Counted from the first letter of the stretch, positions 25,455 to 34,834 are shown. The stretch: DNA of 64,000 nt from a virus (IMGVR_UViG_3300019889_000166:1533-65532); one strand, 5' to 3'. The notes: generated by a model from the sequence alone, not told the origin. Translations and numbers: made by a program.

Positions 25455-25491
25455 GAGGGCGGGCGACCCGAGCCCGGTATCGCCCGCCCTC
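25455..25491 (-). terminator. stem-loop after major tail gene
   Basis: 12-bp stem GAGGGCGGGCGA/TCGCCCGCCCTC followed by TTTCCTT on minus strand. Confidence 0.75.
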
Positions 25492-25505
25492 GCATGTGGG
25501 GCGGA

Positions 25506-26033
25506 TCAGGTCAGCGCGAGCTGCTTGCGCACGATCCCGGTCACCGCGACAGCCTGGGTGAGCGTGATCTTGTCGAACTCTCCATCCGCCGCGAGCTGCG
25601 TCTTGATCTGCGCGCCGAAGATGATCGGCCACACGTCGACCTTCTGCGCCGCCGCGAAGTCGACCGTCAGCGCGTCCAGCCCGTACCGGACCACGAAGTA
25701 GCCGGTCACGTCAGGCTGGAACAGCTCCATCGCCTTGTTGCTGGCGGCCAGCGCGGCGGCCTGCGGGTCAGCGATGTAGACGATGTCGTCGATCGTGTTC
25801 TTCTCGCGGCCGAGGGTCTCGAACGTCTGCCTCGAACCGACGCGCCGGTCGTCGCCGCGGGCCTGCTCGCCTCCCGGCTTGAAGTTCCCGGCGGTGAAGA
25901 AGAATGACACGTCGAGCGAGCCGGCGGCGTTGACCTCGACTGCGGTGATGACGGGCAGGGCGGCGACGGCCGGGACGAACGAGACCTTGAGGTTGCCCTC
26001 GGCCTTCACGCCTGCGGGGACGGTGACAACCAT
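25506..26033 (-). CDS. major tail protein
   Basis: PAGVKAEGNLKVSFVP...GYFVVRYG...QKVDVWP; position. Confidence 0.85.
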   Translation of the reverse strand: MVVTVPAGVKAEGNLKVSFVPAVAALPVITAVEVNAAGSLDVSFFFTAGNFKPGGEQARGDDRRVGSRQTFETLGREKNTIDDIVYIADPQAAALAASNKAMELFQPDVTGYFVVRYGLDALTVDFAAAQKVDVWPIIFGAQIKTQLAADGEFDKITLTQAVAVTGIVRKQLALT

Positions 26034-26034
26034 T

Positions 26035-26259
26035 TCAGGACTCCTTCGGGGTGGCCTTGGGGCCGGGGGTGGCCTGCGGCTTCGGTGCCGAGGTCGTCTC
26101 GGCGACCGGGTACTTCGGGGGCAGCAGGGCGCCAAGCGCATCGACCGCAGGCTCGTCGAGGACCGTCAGGCCCTCGTAGCTCTTGCCGTCGGCATCGACC
26201 GCGTAGGTCGAGTACTCGTGCCTGGTGATGTCGTCCCTGACGCGGACTGGTTCGGGCAT
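26035..26259 (-). CDS. small virion-associated hypothetical protein
   Basis: VRVRDDITRHEYST; SD GAGGAG. Confidence 0.75.
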   Translation of the reverse strand: MPEPVRVRDDITRHEYSTYAVDADGKSYEGLTVLDEPAVDALGALLPPKYPVAETTSAPKPQATPGPKATPKES

Positions 26260-26270
26260 GGTGATGCTCC

Positions 26271-26684
26271 TCAGATGTGGAGGCGGTAGATGATCAGCCC
26301 GGAGGTCCGGGAGGGAACGACGTTCGTTTCAGTGCGGAAGATGACGTCGTCGAGTGCTTCCTTCAGCCGCGCGCCGCCTGTAGGTCGCGCGCTAGTGAGC
26401 GCCGCGCGGATCCGGTCCAGCGCCCACAGGGCCCGGGTCTTGTCACCGCCGACGATCAGGATTCGGCAGGTCCACTCGAGGTCCGTCGCGGTGTCTTTGT
26501 TGAGGCGGTCCCCGAATGCGTGCCCGCCACCGGGGAAGAACACGGCGTAGGGGTGGACGCGGCCGTCCTCGTCCTTCGGCGGGTCGGACGGCAGTTCGGT
26601 GTCGAACACGTTGAGGTTGGGGATCGCCTGCAGTAGAGCGAGAGTGGCGTCGGCAACCGGGGTGATCGCAGGCAGCGTCGTCAC
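26271..26684 (-). CDS. tail terminator-like protein
   Basis: Position; P....HPYAVFF motif. Confidence 0.75.
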   Translation of the reverse strand: MTTLPAITPVADATLALLQAIPNLNVFDTELPSDPPKDEDGRVHPYAVFFPGGGHAFGDRLNKDTATDLEWTCRILIVGGDKTRALWALDRIRAALTSARPTGGARLKEALDDVIFRTETNVVPSRTSGLIIYRLHI

Positions 26685-27043
26685 AGGATCTTCTCCCCGA
26701 CCTTGCCCATGGCTGTCCCGAACGACGGCTCGTGGGTGTCGACCGCTGGGCCCATGTACGGCTGGGCCTCCATCCGGACGGACCCGTCGTCGTTGTGGGT
26801 CCCCGCCTCGACGTACTTGCCGTACTCGGCGGTGGGACCGATCTCCGCAGTGAGCCCATCAACGTCGGGGTCTGCGATCGAGCCCATCAGGTGGCCCGTG
26901 TCGACCGGGGCGAAGATCATCGCGGTGGCCGCGATGTCATGGGCGGTCTTGCTGACCACCAGATGCGCCTTCGGCTCCACTCCCGCCGCGCCCTTTTTCA
27001 GGTCGCGGTCCAGCTTCCGCAACTCGGAGACGTCGAAGTGCAT
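26681..27043 (-). CDS. HK97 gp10-like tail completion protein
   Basis: APVDTGHL.GSI, Y.KYVE.GT, MEAQPYMGPA. Confidence 0.9.
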   Translation of the reverse strand: MHFDVSELRKLDRDLKKGAAGVEPKAHLVVSKTAHDIAATAMIFAPVDTGHLMGSIADPDVDGLTAEIGPTAEYGKYVEAGTHNDDGSVRMEAQPYMGPAVDTHEPSFGTAMGKVGEKIL

Positions 27044-27462
27044 CAGGCCTCCAGATTGTCGCTGCAGATGTAGTCGCGCTGGAACAGAAGCGAGCCGCGC
27101 TGAATGTCGCGGACAGTCAGTTCGCGGCCGACGAAGGTCGGGTCCTCGCAGGCGGCGACGGTGCCGAAGTCATCGAGCACGAGGTCCATCGAGACGGGGC
27201 CGGACACCTGGTAGTCGTGGCTGGTGATCTTCTCGGCCCCGGCGACAACGGATCCTGCGCTGGTGGTCTCGTGGTGCTGGATGCGCACCTCGCCGGCGAA
27301 GATGACGACTTTCTCCCGGCTGGTCGAGCCGGTGTCCGGGTCGTGCACGGACTCGCCCGTGAACCGCTCGAACGTGATCGTCGCGGTCCATGTCGTCGTG
27401 AGAACGGGCCGGTGGTGAGCGGTCCAGCCAGCCGGAATTACCCGGGATCCTGGGAACGGCAT
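27043..27462 (-). CDS. head closure/stopper protein (DUF6093-like)
   Basis: ATG 27462; DPDTG, DP..VGREL.V.DI..GS...QR. Confidence 0.75.
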   Translation of the reverse strand: MPFPGSRVIPAGWTAHHRPVLTTTWTATITFERFTGESVHDPDTGSTSREKVVIFAGEVRIQHHETTSAGSVVAGAEKITSHDYQVSGPVSMDLVLDDFGTVAACEDPTFVGRELTVRDIQRGSLLFQRDYICSDNLEA

Positions 27463-28067
27463 CAGTACGGCCAGCCGGAGCGGCACGCGTAAGGCTCGAA
27501 CTCGGCGATCTCGAAGCCGGACGACTCGGCGTCGCCCTCACCCTGGTCCTCTTGCCTGCGCAGTTCGGTAGCCTGCGCCCGGAGCGCCGCGGCGACAGCG
27601 GGCCCGTCGGTCTGGAGATCCTGGGTGCGGATCTTCTTCGACACCATCGCCTCGTTGCCCGCGATCGCGTCCAACGCCTGCGCGGCCGCCCGTTTCACGG
27701 AGTCGCCATTCATGGCGAGGAAGCGGGCGATCTGCTGCGTCGAGAAGATCCGGTTCGCGGGGTCGGTGTCGGCGATCAACAGCCGCACGTCCCCCTGCTC
27801 CTCGGACGGAGGCGGTGCAGGGTCAGCGTCGGCCGTGTCCCACTGCGTGCCCGCGCCGGTCCCGGTGACGATCCACCCGATGTACCAGGTGCCTGCCGCG
27901 TCGAGCGGGACCTGCACGGTCCACGACGCGCCGCCACCTGACGGGGTCGGGGTCGCGGGGGTCTCGGTGCCGTCGGGCGCCCGGACGGTCACGGTCGCGT
28001 CTGTCGTCCCATCGAACGGGTCTACGCCGAGGGTGAAGACGGCGATGTCGCCGACGTCATACGCCAT
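27462..28067 (-). CDS. head-tail connector with N-terminal Ig-like extension
   Basis: VRLLIADTD...IFS..QI..FL...VKRAAAQAL..IA...TQDLQTDG connector; N-terminal ~90 aa beta-rich domain. Confidence 0.8.
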   Translation of the reverse strand: MAYDVGDIAVFTLGVDPFDGTTDATVTVRAPDGTETPATPTPSGGGASWTVQVPLDAAGTWYIGWIVTGTGAGTQWDTADADPAPPPSEEQGDVRLLIADTDPANRIFSTQQIARFLAMNGDSVKRAAAQALDAIAGNEAMVSKKIRTQDLQTDGPAVAAALRAQATELRRQEDQGEGDAESSGFEIAEFEPYACRSGWPY

Positions 28068-30765
28068 GGCTCACCTCCAGTTGGCTCGATGGTTGGTTCC
28101 ACGCGGTCAGGTCGGACGAGTGCGAGTTGGTCGCGGTCAGCGTGGGTTCGACGGGCGGCACGACTGCCCCGAACACCAGCTGATAGGCGGCGTCGATCTC
28201 GGCGGCGACCCCGAGGGTCCGGGCCTTGGCCGCGGTCAGCGCGGCGGCAGCGTCCGTCTCGGTTGCGACGCTGAGGATCACGGTCTTGAACAGGACCAGC
28301 GGCCGGGCGAGATCGGTCTCGCTCGCCTGCCCGAGGGTGGTCGCCTTGCTGGCAGCCAACGGCCGCGCCGTGTCGGTCTCGGTGGCCACTCCGAAGATGG
28401 CGCCGGGGCCGGCGCCGGTCGTGATCTCGTGCGCCGCATCGGTTTCGGCGGCGCTGCCGAGCGTGACCTGCTTGACCCGGAGCAACGCGAACACCGCATC
28501 CGCCTCGGAGGCGACACCCAGCACGACGGTCTTGGTCGCGACAACCGCATGGGCAGTGTCGGCCTCCGACGCCTGGCCGATGGTGACGGTCCGGGCGTAG
28601 GTCGCCGACAGGGCTGCCGCCGCGTCGGTCTCCGTCGCTACGCCGAGCGTGACCTGCTTGCTGGCGACAGCGGCCAGCGCTGCGTCGGTCTCACTCGCGG
28701 CACTGAGGGTGCGGGCCTTGCTGGCGGTGATCCCGAGCGCGGCGTCCGTCTCGGTAGGCCGGTTGAGCGTCGCAGCCTTGGAGCGCACCAGCGCCAACGC
28801 GGCATCGGTCTCCGTCGCCAGCGCCAGGTCGACGCCGACCGGCGCGACCACGAACTGGCCCGGGTTCGCGTACAGCCACGCGACGTTGCTCGCACTGAAG
28901 GGCGTGTCGAACAAGGTGAGGCTGTCGACATCGGCAACCGCGGCATCACCGCCGGGGTCTCCACCGACGTTCAGTTCGGTCGGGACCAGTAACGCCCCCA
29001 TGGTGTACGCCGCCGACGCTACCCAGACACCGTTGAGGAAGAACTGGATGCTGTTGCCGTTGCAGGAAGCCGCGACGTGCGTCCAGGTCTCGGCGGTGAT
29101 CGGCGCCACGGACGGGTTGATGATTCCCGTCGTGCCTCCGGCCCCGTAGAGACGCACCCAGAACAGGCCACTCAGGCGGCCAGCGTGAGCCACCTCGGTG
29201 CCGCCAGCCCGCATCGTCAGGAAGCGTGCGCCTGAGGTGCTGGTGCGGCACTTGACCCACCCGGAGAACGCCCACCCCTTGGGGGCCGCCGACCAGTTCA
29301 CCCCGGATGCCCTACGAGCACCAGCGCCCGCTGCCCCGTTGGAGCCGAGAGCGGACCCCTGCACACCAGTGACCCAGGAGCCGGCGGCAGTGAGCGTCAG
29401 GTTGTTCCCCGCAGGGGAGCGGTCCGCAGCCGCGGTGCCGGTGTTCTCGTTGAACTCGTAGACGCCCCGGGCAACGTTCGCGGGCTTCAGTGCTGTCTGT
29501 GCGACCGGAGCACCAGCCCAGTAGAGATCGGTCGGCGAGTTCACGAAGTTCTTCGTGAACGTCAGGTAGTCGAAGGTGACCTGGCCGCCCACGGACGCGT
29601 CGCCGCCGACGTACAGCACATCGAGGTCCGTGACCGTTGGAGACAGGACCGGCGTCGCGTTCGACGTGTTCGTGGTCTGCTGCGTCGACGAGTCGAGCCG
29701 GATATTGACGTAGGTCGGGTTCATCGCGACCTGGAAGCGGCTCCAGGCGCCGACTGTCAGCACCGACGCGCTCGTGACCGAGTAGGTGCCGTAGACAGTC
29801 ACCCAGGTGATCGTGACGGACCTGTCGGTGTTCACCACGACCCGGAGCCGCGAGGACCCGCCTGAGGAGTCGATCGCCAGGATCGGCGCCGCACTGCCTA
29901 CGGGCGCCGTGTCGAGCCGGAGCCAGCCGGTGATCGCGAGCCGGTCACAGTCGGGCAGGTTGATCGCCGCACTGGCCCCGGGGCCAGCGGCGCTGGTCGA
30001 CAGGGCCCGGCCGTAGAGCCCTGCCGTGTAGCTGCCAGCGGCGGTCTTGGTCAGGTCCCGGTTGTAGATGCTGAAGTCGTCCGTTGTGTCGTCATCGAAC
30101 GGGTAGATCGCCAGCTGGAAGTCAGTCTGCTCGGCCGCCACGATCGCCGCGATGGAGGCTGCCTCGACGGGGTCGTTCCACCAGCGGATATCGTCGATGA
30201 TCCCGTCCAGCGGCTGCGCGCCACTTAACGCGTTCCGTCCGGCGTCCATGGTGACGGCGCCGTTGTAGGTCAGGGCTGTTGCGGTGGTGGTCGAGAGCAC
30301 TTGGGTGCCGTCGACGTAGATCTTGACGGTGTCCGTTGCGACAGTTGCGTCCAGAACGACCATCACGTGGTGGAAGGCGCTGTCACGGATGCTGGTCGAC
30401 GTCGAGAACGTCACCCCGGCGATCACCGCTTCGACGTTCCCGGAGGCGTTGCTGGCGTACAGCGCCCACTTCAACGCTGACGCTGCCGAGGCGGAGGCGA
30501 TGCACCGCGCTGCCGAGGTGGTGGTGTTCAGCTTCACCCACGCGGCCACGGTCAGGCCGCCGTCGGTATTCACCGGGTAGTCGAACTCGCCGATCGGGCC
30601 GACGCGCATCGCGCCACCGGTGCAGTTCAGGCCGTTGCCGTACTTGCCGGTCGCTGTCGCAGCCGAGCCGACGATCGTCCCGGTCAGGAAGTAGCCGGAG
30701 AGATCCCGGACCTTGCTCCCGCTGACGGTGTCCGAGTTGAAGGAATACCCCGCCCCTTGGGCCAT
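28057..30765 (-). CDS. LamG/concanavalin-A-like multi-domain virion protein with repeat stalk
   Basis: Three LamG-like units (TVAAWVK..FHHV..IYVDG..GIIDDIR; ITGWLR; FSGWVK..WTHVA..FFLNG) then 11 ETD-type repeats. Confidence 0.8.
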   Translation of the reverse strand: MAQGAGYSFNSDTVSGSKVRDLSGYFLTGTIVGSAATATGKYGNGLNCTGGAMRVGPIGEFDYPVNTDGGLTVAAWVKLNTTTSAARCIASASAASALKWALYASNASGNVEAVIAGVTFSTSTSIRDSAFHHVMVVLDATVATDTVKIYVDGTQVLSTTTATALTYNGAVTMDAGRNALSGAQPLDGIIDDIRWWNDPVEAASIAAIVAAEQTDFQLAIYPFDDDTTDDFSIYNRDLTKTAAGSYTAGLYGRALSTSAAGPGASAAINLPDCDRLAITGWLRLDTAPVGSAAPILAIDSSGGSSRLRVVVNTDRSVTITWVTVYGTYSVTSASVLTVGAWSRFQVAMNPTYVNIRLDSSTQQTTNTSNATPVLSPTVTDLDVLYVGGDASVGGQVTFDYLTFTKNFVNSPTDLYWAGAPVAQTALKPANVARGVYEFNENTGTAAADRSPAGNNLTLTAAGSWVTGVQGSALGSNGAAGAGARRASGVNWSAAPKGWAFSGWVKCRTSTSGARFLTMRAGGTEVAHAGRLSGLFWVRLYGAGGTTGIINPSVAPITAETWTHVAASCNGNSIQFFLNGVWVASAAYTMGALLVPTELNVGGDPGGDAAVADVDSLTLFDTPFSASNVAWLYANPGQFVVAPVGVDLALATETDAALALVRSKAATLNRPTETDAALGITASKARTLSAASETDAALAAVASKQVTLGVATETDAAAALSATYARTVTIGQASEADTAHAVVATKTVVLGVASEADAVFALLRVKQVTLGSAAETDAAHEITTGAGPGAIFGVATETDTARPLAASKATTLGQASETDLARPLVLFKTVILSVATETDAAAALTAAKARTLGVAAEIDAAYQLVFGAVVPPVEPTLTATNSHSSDLTAWNQPSSQLEVSHGV
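28170..28830 (-). repeat. 11 tandem ~20-aa coding repeats ([TSA]E[TAI]D core)
   Basis: ATETD, PTETD, ASETD, ATETD, ASEAD, ASEAD, AAETD, ATETD, ASETD, ATETD, AAEID at 20-22 aa spacing. Confidence 0.9.
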
Positions 30766-30768
30766 GGG

Positions 30769-31233
30769 TCAGCTCGCGGTGAAGAAGCCAGCCGCATTGA
30801 AGGCGGCCGTGGTGGCGACGTCGGTGTCGAACGTCAGGGTGCCGACCAGCAGCTGGCACAGCGGGACGATGTCAGCGTCGGTGCCACCGGAGGCGTTGTC
30901 CCAGCAGACGATCGCGGCGCCCGCGATCTGCGTCGCGCCGGTGTTGGTGTAGCTGGCCGGGTCAGCGGCGTCGACCGCCATGACGTCGGTGCCGTCGTTC
31001 ACGGCAGCCACGACGGAGGCGAGGGTGCGGCGGGTGTAGCCGGTGAAGTCGCACTCGTCGTTCGCGGCAGCCAGGATCAGCGACAGGTTGTCGTAGTCCT
31101 TGAGCGTCGCGTCGGACTCGAGCCCGGTCGACTTCAGCCACACCAGGATCAGTGAGTCCGAGGCGTCAGGCAGGTCCGCGTACCGGGCGACCTTGCCCTT
31201 GGCGATGTTGAACGTGAATGCGGCGGTTGCCAT
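30769..31233 (-). CDS. virion structural hypothetical protein
   Basis: FTFNIAKG...E.DFTGYTR..L; SD GAGGAG. Confidence 0.8.
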   Translation of the reverse strand: MATAAFTFNIAKGKVARYADLPDASDSLILVWLKSTGLESDATLKDYDNLSLILAAANDECDFTGYTRRTLASVVAAVNDGTDVMAVDAADPASYTNTGATQIAGAAIVCWDNASGGTDADIVPLCQLLVGTLTFDTDVATTAAFNAAGFFTAS

Positions 31234-31260
31234 GGCGGTACTCCTCGAGCAGGGGGGTGT

Positions 31261-31410
31261 GGTGTCGGGGCGCAGGACGCGCCATGGCAGGGAGAAAGGA
31301 GGACGCTCGATGCAGCGCAGCCGTTAGCCTGGCCAGGGACTCCCCGGTGCGCCTTCCCGCGGTTGTCTGAGAGCAGTCGCATCGATTCCGCGGGTTGACG
31401 CCCCGACACC
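31261..31410 (-). ncRNA. putative structured RNA with pseudoknot (unassigned)
   Basis: 12-bp closing stem, 7-bp stem, 8-bp pseudoknot helix, further stems; G-U pairs work only on the minus strand. Confidence 0.65.
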
Positions 31411-31421
31411 CAGCTACTGGG

Positions 31422-31640
31422 CTAGCGGCCCGTGACCGTCTTGCGAGTGGTCTTCGAGGCCGCCTTCTTCGCCGGAGCCATCGCCGCAGGCTTCTCGGCC
31501 TGGACCTCAGCCGGCTCATCCCGCGGCAGTTCCGCCGGTTCCGGCGACGGCTCCAGCAGACTCTTGATCTGCTGGAGCTCGTCGAGGATCGCGACCTGGA
31601 TCGCCTCCCCGGTCGTGACCGGCTTGAAGGAGTGGGTCAC
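31422..31640 (-). CDS. small protein after major capsid, basic PAKK tail
   Basis: GTGA overlap with capsid stop. Confidence 0.75.
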   Translation of the reverse strand: MTHSFKPVTTGEAIQVAILDELQQIKSLLEPSPEPAELPRDEPAEVQAEKPAAMAPAKKAASKTTRKTVTGR

Positions 31641-32809
31641 GCGCCCGCGCCGGTGGAGACCGCGGTCGCGATCATGTCGGTGCCAGCGCCACCCACAACG
31701 TGGCGCGCCCGGTACGAGATGTCGTCCGCCTCGAACGAGCCCTCCTCCGGAGCGACCGGACCGCCGCCGACACGGTTGCCCGCGTCGGCCTTGACGCGCA
31801 GGTCCGGGGCCTCGTGTCCACGCAGGAACGCCAGGAACAGCGCCGGTCGCGCGGACGTCGGGGCAGGCAGCAGGTACCAGGTGGTGTTCACGTTGGCGCC
31901 CTTGTCGATCACCGGCAGCCAGGGGTCCACGACCAGCTGAACCCGGCCGGCAACCGAGTTCTTCATGATCGTGGTGGTGCTGCCGTTCGTGACCCGGATC
32001 TCGATCGCGTCGAGGATCTTCCGGGCCGTGGTCTCGAGCGCCGGCGGCACCACGAGCTTGTAAGCCGCCACGGCGATCGGCAGTCCCTCGGGGTCGAGCC
32101 GCTGCGAGATCGCGTCCAGTGCGGCCTCGAGGCTCAGGTCGGTGAGCACCGGGTTCCCGGCGATCAGGTTCGACGATCCACCCGAGAACGTGTCAGCGTC
32201 GGGGTCGTAGGTGCGGCCCCATGCCGTCGCGTTGAAGATGGCGCTGTTCGGGCCACTGCCGTCGGTCAACAGTTTGACCGCTGCGGTGGTCTCAGTGTTC
32301 CGGGCCGCGATCGCGAGGTTGCCCGGCAGGTCTTCCAGTTCACCGAGCTCGTCGTTGATGATCGACTCCCAGGTGATCTGGAAGACGCCACCGTACTTGG
32401 AGACGCTGATCCGGTACGGCGCCTTCGAAACCGTCCGGTGCGGGTACTCGGTCCGCTCCGGCACCAGGTCCAGCGCAGCCCGGCCGCCCATCAGGTCGAC
32501 GAGCGTCTTCGGCTTGAAGTCGCGCACCGTGGTCCGCTTCGCGTACTGGTCCCACACGGGCGGCAGGTCCTGGTACCGGGCCATCATCTCCCGGTCGAGA
32601 ACCTCGAACGCGGCACCGCGGAAGTCGTCGGAGGTCAGCGCCTCCTGGAGGTCCAGCGCGGAGCGCTTGTTGCCGTGGAACGCCTTGCCCATCAGTCGGG
32701 CTGCGGCGACCACTTGGGCTTCGTTGATGCGGCGCGGCCGGGCGAACAACTGGTCGTCGGCCGTGGCCTCCTCGACGCTCGCGCCGGTGAAGGTCTGGAT
32801 GGGGCTCAT
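31637..32809 (-). CDS. major capsid protein (Mu gpT-like HK97 fold)
   Basis: TSDDF, VRDFKP, VPE..EY, KYG..F.ITWE.IIND, LVVPPALE, WYLL, FLRGHEAP. Confidence 0.9.
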   Translation of the reverse strand: MSPIQTFTGASVEEATADDQLFARPRRINEAQVVAAARLMGKAFHGNKRSALDLQEALTSDDFRGAAFEVLDREMMARYQDLPPVWDQYAKRTTVRDFKPKTLVDLMGGRAALDLVPERTEYPHRTVSKAPYRISVSKYGGVFQITWESIINDELGELEDLPGNLAIAARNTETTAAVKLLTDGSGPNSAIFNATAWGRTYDPDADTFSGGSSNLIAGNPVLTDLSLEAALDAISQRLDPEGLPIAVAAYKLVVPPALETTARKILDAIEIRVTNGSTTTIMKNSVAGRVQLVVDPWLPVIDKGANVNTTWYLLPAPTSARPALFLAFLRGHEAPDLRVKADAGNRVGGGPVAPEEGSFEADDISYRARHVVGGAGTDMIATAVSTGAGA

Positions 32810-32828
32810 AGTGGTTCCTCTCCGGCCT

Positions 32829-33188
32829 TCAGTAGCCGAGCTTGACGCGGATGGTGGCGGTCGCGCCGGACGTGACGGCCGCGAGCGCGTAGCCGAACCG
32901 GACGCCGTTGGTGCCGTCCTTGTTGAGCTTCACGGTGTTCGCGGTGTCGTAGTACAAGATGTCGCCGGCGGCGACAGCGATGTTCGCGTTCGCGGCGTCC
33001 TTGCCCTCGACAGCGAGCAGCCACACGCCTTCGGTGTCGACCGACGTGGTTCCGTCGGTGCGCTCGTCGGTGACGGCGACCGCCGGGATCTGGCCGATCA
33101 GGACCGGGTCACCCGACTTCGGAGTGGCTGGCAGGGAGCAGACGACCGAGAGCTTCGTGCCGTCCGCGAAAACCATGTTCTTCGCCAT
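32829..33188 (-). CDS. capsid decoration/cement protein (DUF2190-like)
   Basis: MAKN...SGDPV.IG...VA.TD...EGVW...GD.LY...FGYAL. Confidence 0.85.
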   Translation of the reverse strand: MAKNMVFADGTKLSVVCSLPATPKSGDPVLIGQIPAVAVTDERTDGTTSVDTEGVWLLAVEGKDAANANIAVAAGDILYYDTANTVKLNKDGTNGVRFGYALAAVTSGATATIRVKLGY

Positions 33189-33191
33189 GGG

Positions 33192-34820
33192 TCAGGCCTC
33201 CTGGGTCTGGGGCTTGCGGCCGAAGGCCTCGTCGATCGCCCGCTGCGAGTCCGTGCGGGTGGCTTCCTTCTTCTCGCCGATCGGGCCCAGGCCGCGGACG
33301 GTGCCGGCGCTGTTCTCGATGACGGTGGCCAGGTACAGCTCCTGCTCCTTGCGGGCCTCGTCGACCTGCTTGGAGAAGGTGTCGGTGTCGAGCCGGTTGT
33401 CGGACTCGTTCAGCGGGATCTCCCGCATGGCCTCGGCGACGATCTTCTCGACGACCGGGTGGCCGAGTTCGCTGTTGGCCTCGCGGACCCGCTTCGAACC
33501 GAACTCGCGGGCGTACTCGCGGGCCTGCTCGACGGCCAGGTCGTGCTCGGCCTTCTCGCGGCCCGACTTCTCGGCGGCGAGCTCGGCTTCGAGCACCGGT
33601 ACCCGGCCGACGGCCTCTTCGAAGGTGCGCAGCTGCGCTTCCTCGATTTGGGGCATGGTGTCCTCCTCGGACTCCGTGGTGGTGGACCCGGCCGGGTTGA
33701 CCGGGACGTTCTTGGGGGTGGTGGCTTCCTCGGCTGCCATGACGCGGGCGTCAGGGTCGGCCCACAGGTCGCGCTCGAATAGCTGCGGCGCGGAGGACTG
33801 GAGGTTCGTGGTGAACGCGTCGAGGGCGTCGCCGACAGCGGACGAGAGTGAGATCCGCTCATCGCGGGTGAGCTTCCCGTTGCCGTACATGTCGTCGGCG
33901 AGCTGCGTCAGGCAGAGGTGCAGCCGGGACTCGATCCACTGGCCGACATTGCGGGCCTCGCGGACCTGTAAGAGCGCGGCCTCGCGGGTCAGTTCGACGG
34001 TGCGCGCGGCTTCATCGACCGGGACGTAGGTGCGCTTGACGCGGACCTGGACCGGGTCGCCAGTCAGTTCGACGGCGTCATCGGTCTCCTTGTAAGTCTG
34101 CGAGAACGTGCCCGGGTCGTCGCCGCCCCAGCGGTCCCAATAGACGACGCTGTCGTCGTAGTCCTCGACCCAGACATCGACACCGTCAGAGGCGTGCGCA
34201 TCACGGACCGCGTTGCGGAACTTGTCGCGGCGGTCCGAGTCGAGCTCACCGGCCTCCTGCGCCTTCCGAGCGGACTCCAAGATGAGACCACCACGTCCGG
34301 CGTGCGTCACGATGTCGACCGAGTTGAAGGTGCCGGGGTGGATCTTCTCGATGATCCAACCGGAGCGGCCTTCGGCTTCTCCGATCTCCATCTCCGCAGA
34401 CGCGCGGACTGAGACGCCGACCGCCTTGCGGAATGCCTCGTCCGCAAGGACCGTCTTGCCGAGACCTACCGGCGTGGCGCGAGCGACGAGTCGATTGCCG
34501 TCCCAGTAGGCATCCTCGGCCAGGGTTGCAGCGAGATCCTTGACCGACCGCTCCGGCCTGTCGTCGCCTTCGGATGCAGATGGGTGGTTGAGGTACGAAT
34601 GGGTTCCCGCCCCCCACACCTTGGCCTTCGCCGCCTCCTGGAGTACCTCGGCGCTGTAGTAGCCGCTCGACCCCCAGCCAGGCGTGATGATCTGTAGCAG
34701 GATCGTTCCGTCGCTGCTTCGCCCGCGCGCTTCGAGGAGCGTGCCTGACTCTTCGAGGTCCTGGCGAACGGGGTTCCCCGCCTCACTGAGCGGGGGGGTC
34801 TCGGTGGGGCTGGGGGACAT
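33192..34820 (-). CDS. capsid maturation protease-scaffold protein
   Basis: IITPGWGSSGYYSAEVL, NHP..RPERSV.DLA, VGVS, SVD.VT.AGRGG; internal GAGGAGG..ATG at 33656 for scaffold. Confidence 0.88.
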   Translation of the reverse strand: MSPSPTETPPLSEAGNPVRQDLEESGTLLEARGRSSDGTILLQIITPGWGSSGYYSAEVLQEAAKAKVWGAGTHSYLNHPSASEGDDRPERSVKDLAATLAEDAYWDGNRLVARATPVGLGKTVLADEAFRKAVGVSVRASAEMEIGEAEGRSGWIIEKIHPGTFNSVDIVTHAGRGGLILESARKAQEAGELDSDRRDKFRNAVRDAHASDGVDVWVEDYDDSVVYWDRWGGDDPGTFSQTYKETDDAVELTGDPVQVRVKRTYVPVDEAARTVELTREAALLQVREARNVGQWIESRLHLCLTQLADDMYGNGKLTRDERISLSSAVGDALDAFTTNLQSSAPQLFERDLWADPDARVMAAEEATTPKNVPVNPAGSTTTESEEDTMPQIEEAQLRTFEEAVGRVPVLEAELAAEKSGREKAEHDLAVEQAREYAREFGSKRVREANSELGHPVVEKIVAEAMREIPLNESDNRLDTDTFSKQVDEARKEQELYLATVIENSAGTVRGLGPIGEKKEATRTDSQRAIDEAFGRKPQTQEA

Positions 34821-34834
34821 GTCGCCTCCTGCTG

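Noticed and set aside
28170-28830. CRISPR-like periodic array
   Set aside because: Periodicity is in-frame and conserved at amino-acid level with degenerate DNA; no cas genes
31293-31327. Plus-strand perfect SD AGAAAGGAGG with mini-ORF MQRSR
   Set aside because: Antisense to the late operon with no promoter seen; G-U pairs favour the minus-strand RNA reading, though it is not fully excluded
31261-31410. Assignment as HDV-like ribozyme, c-di-AMP riboswitch or 6C RNA
   Set aside because: Topology is loosely HDV-like but lacks the C-containing J4/2 strand; only GCUAAC is shared with ydaO; no paired C6 loops
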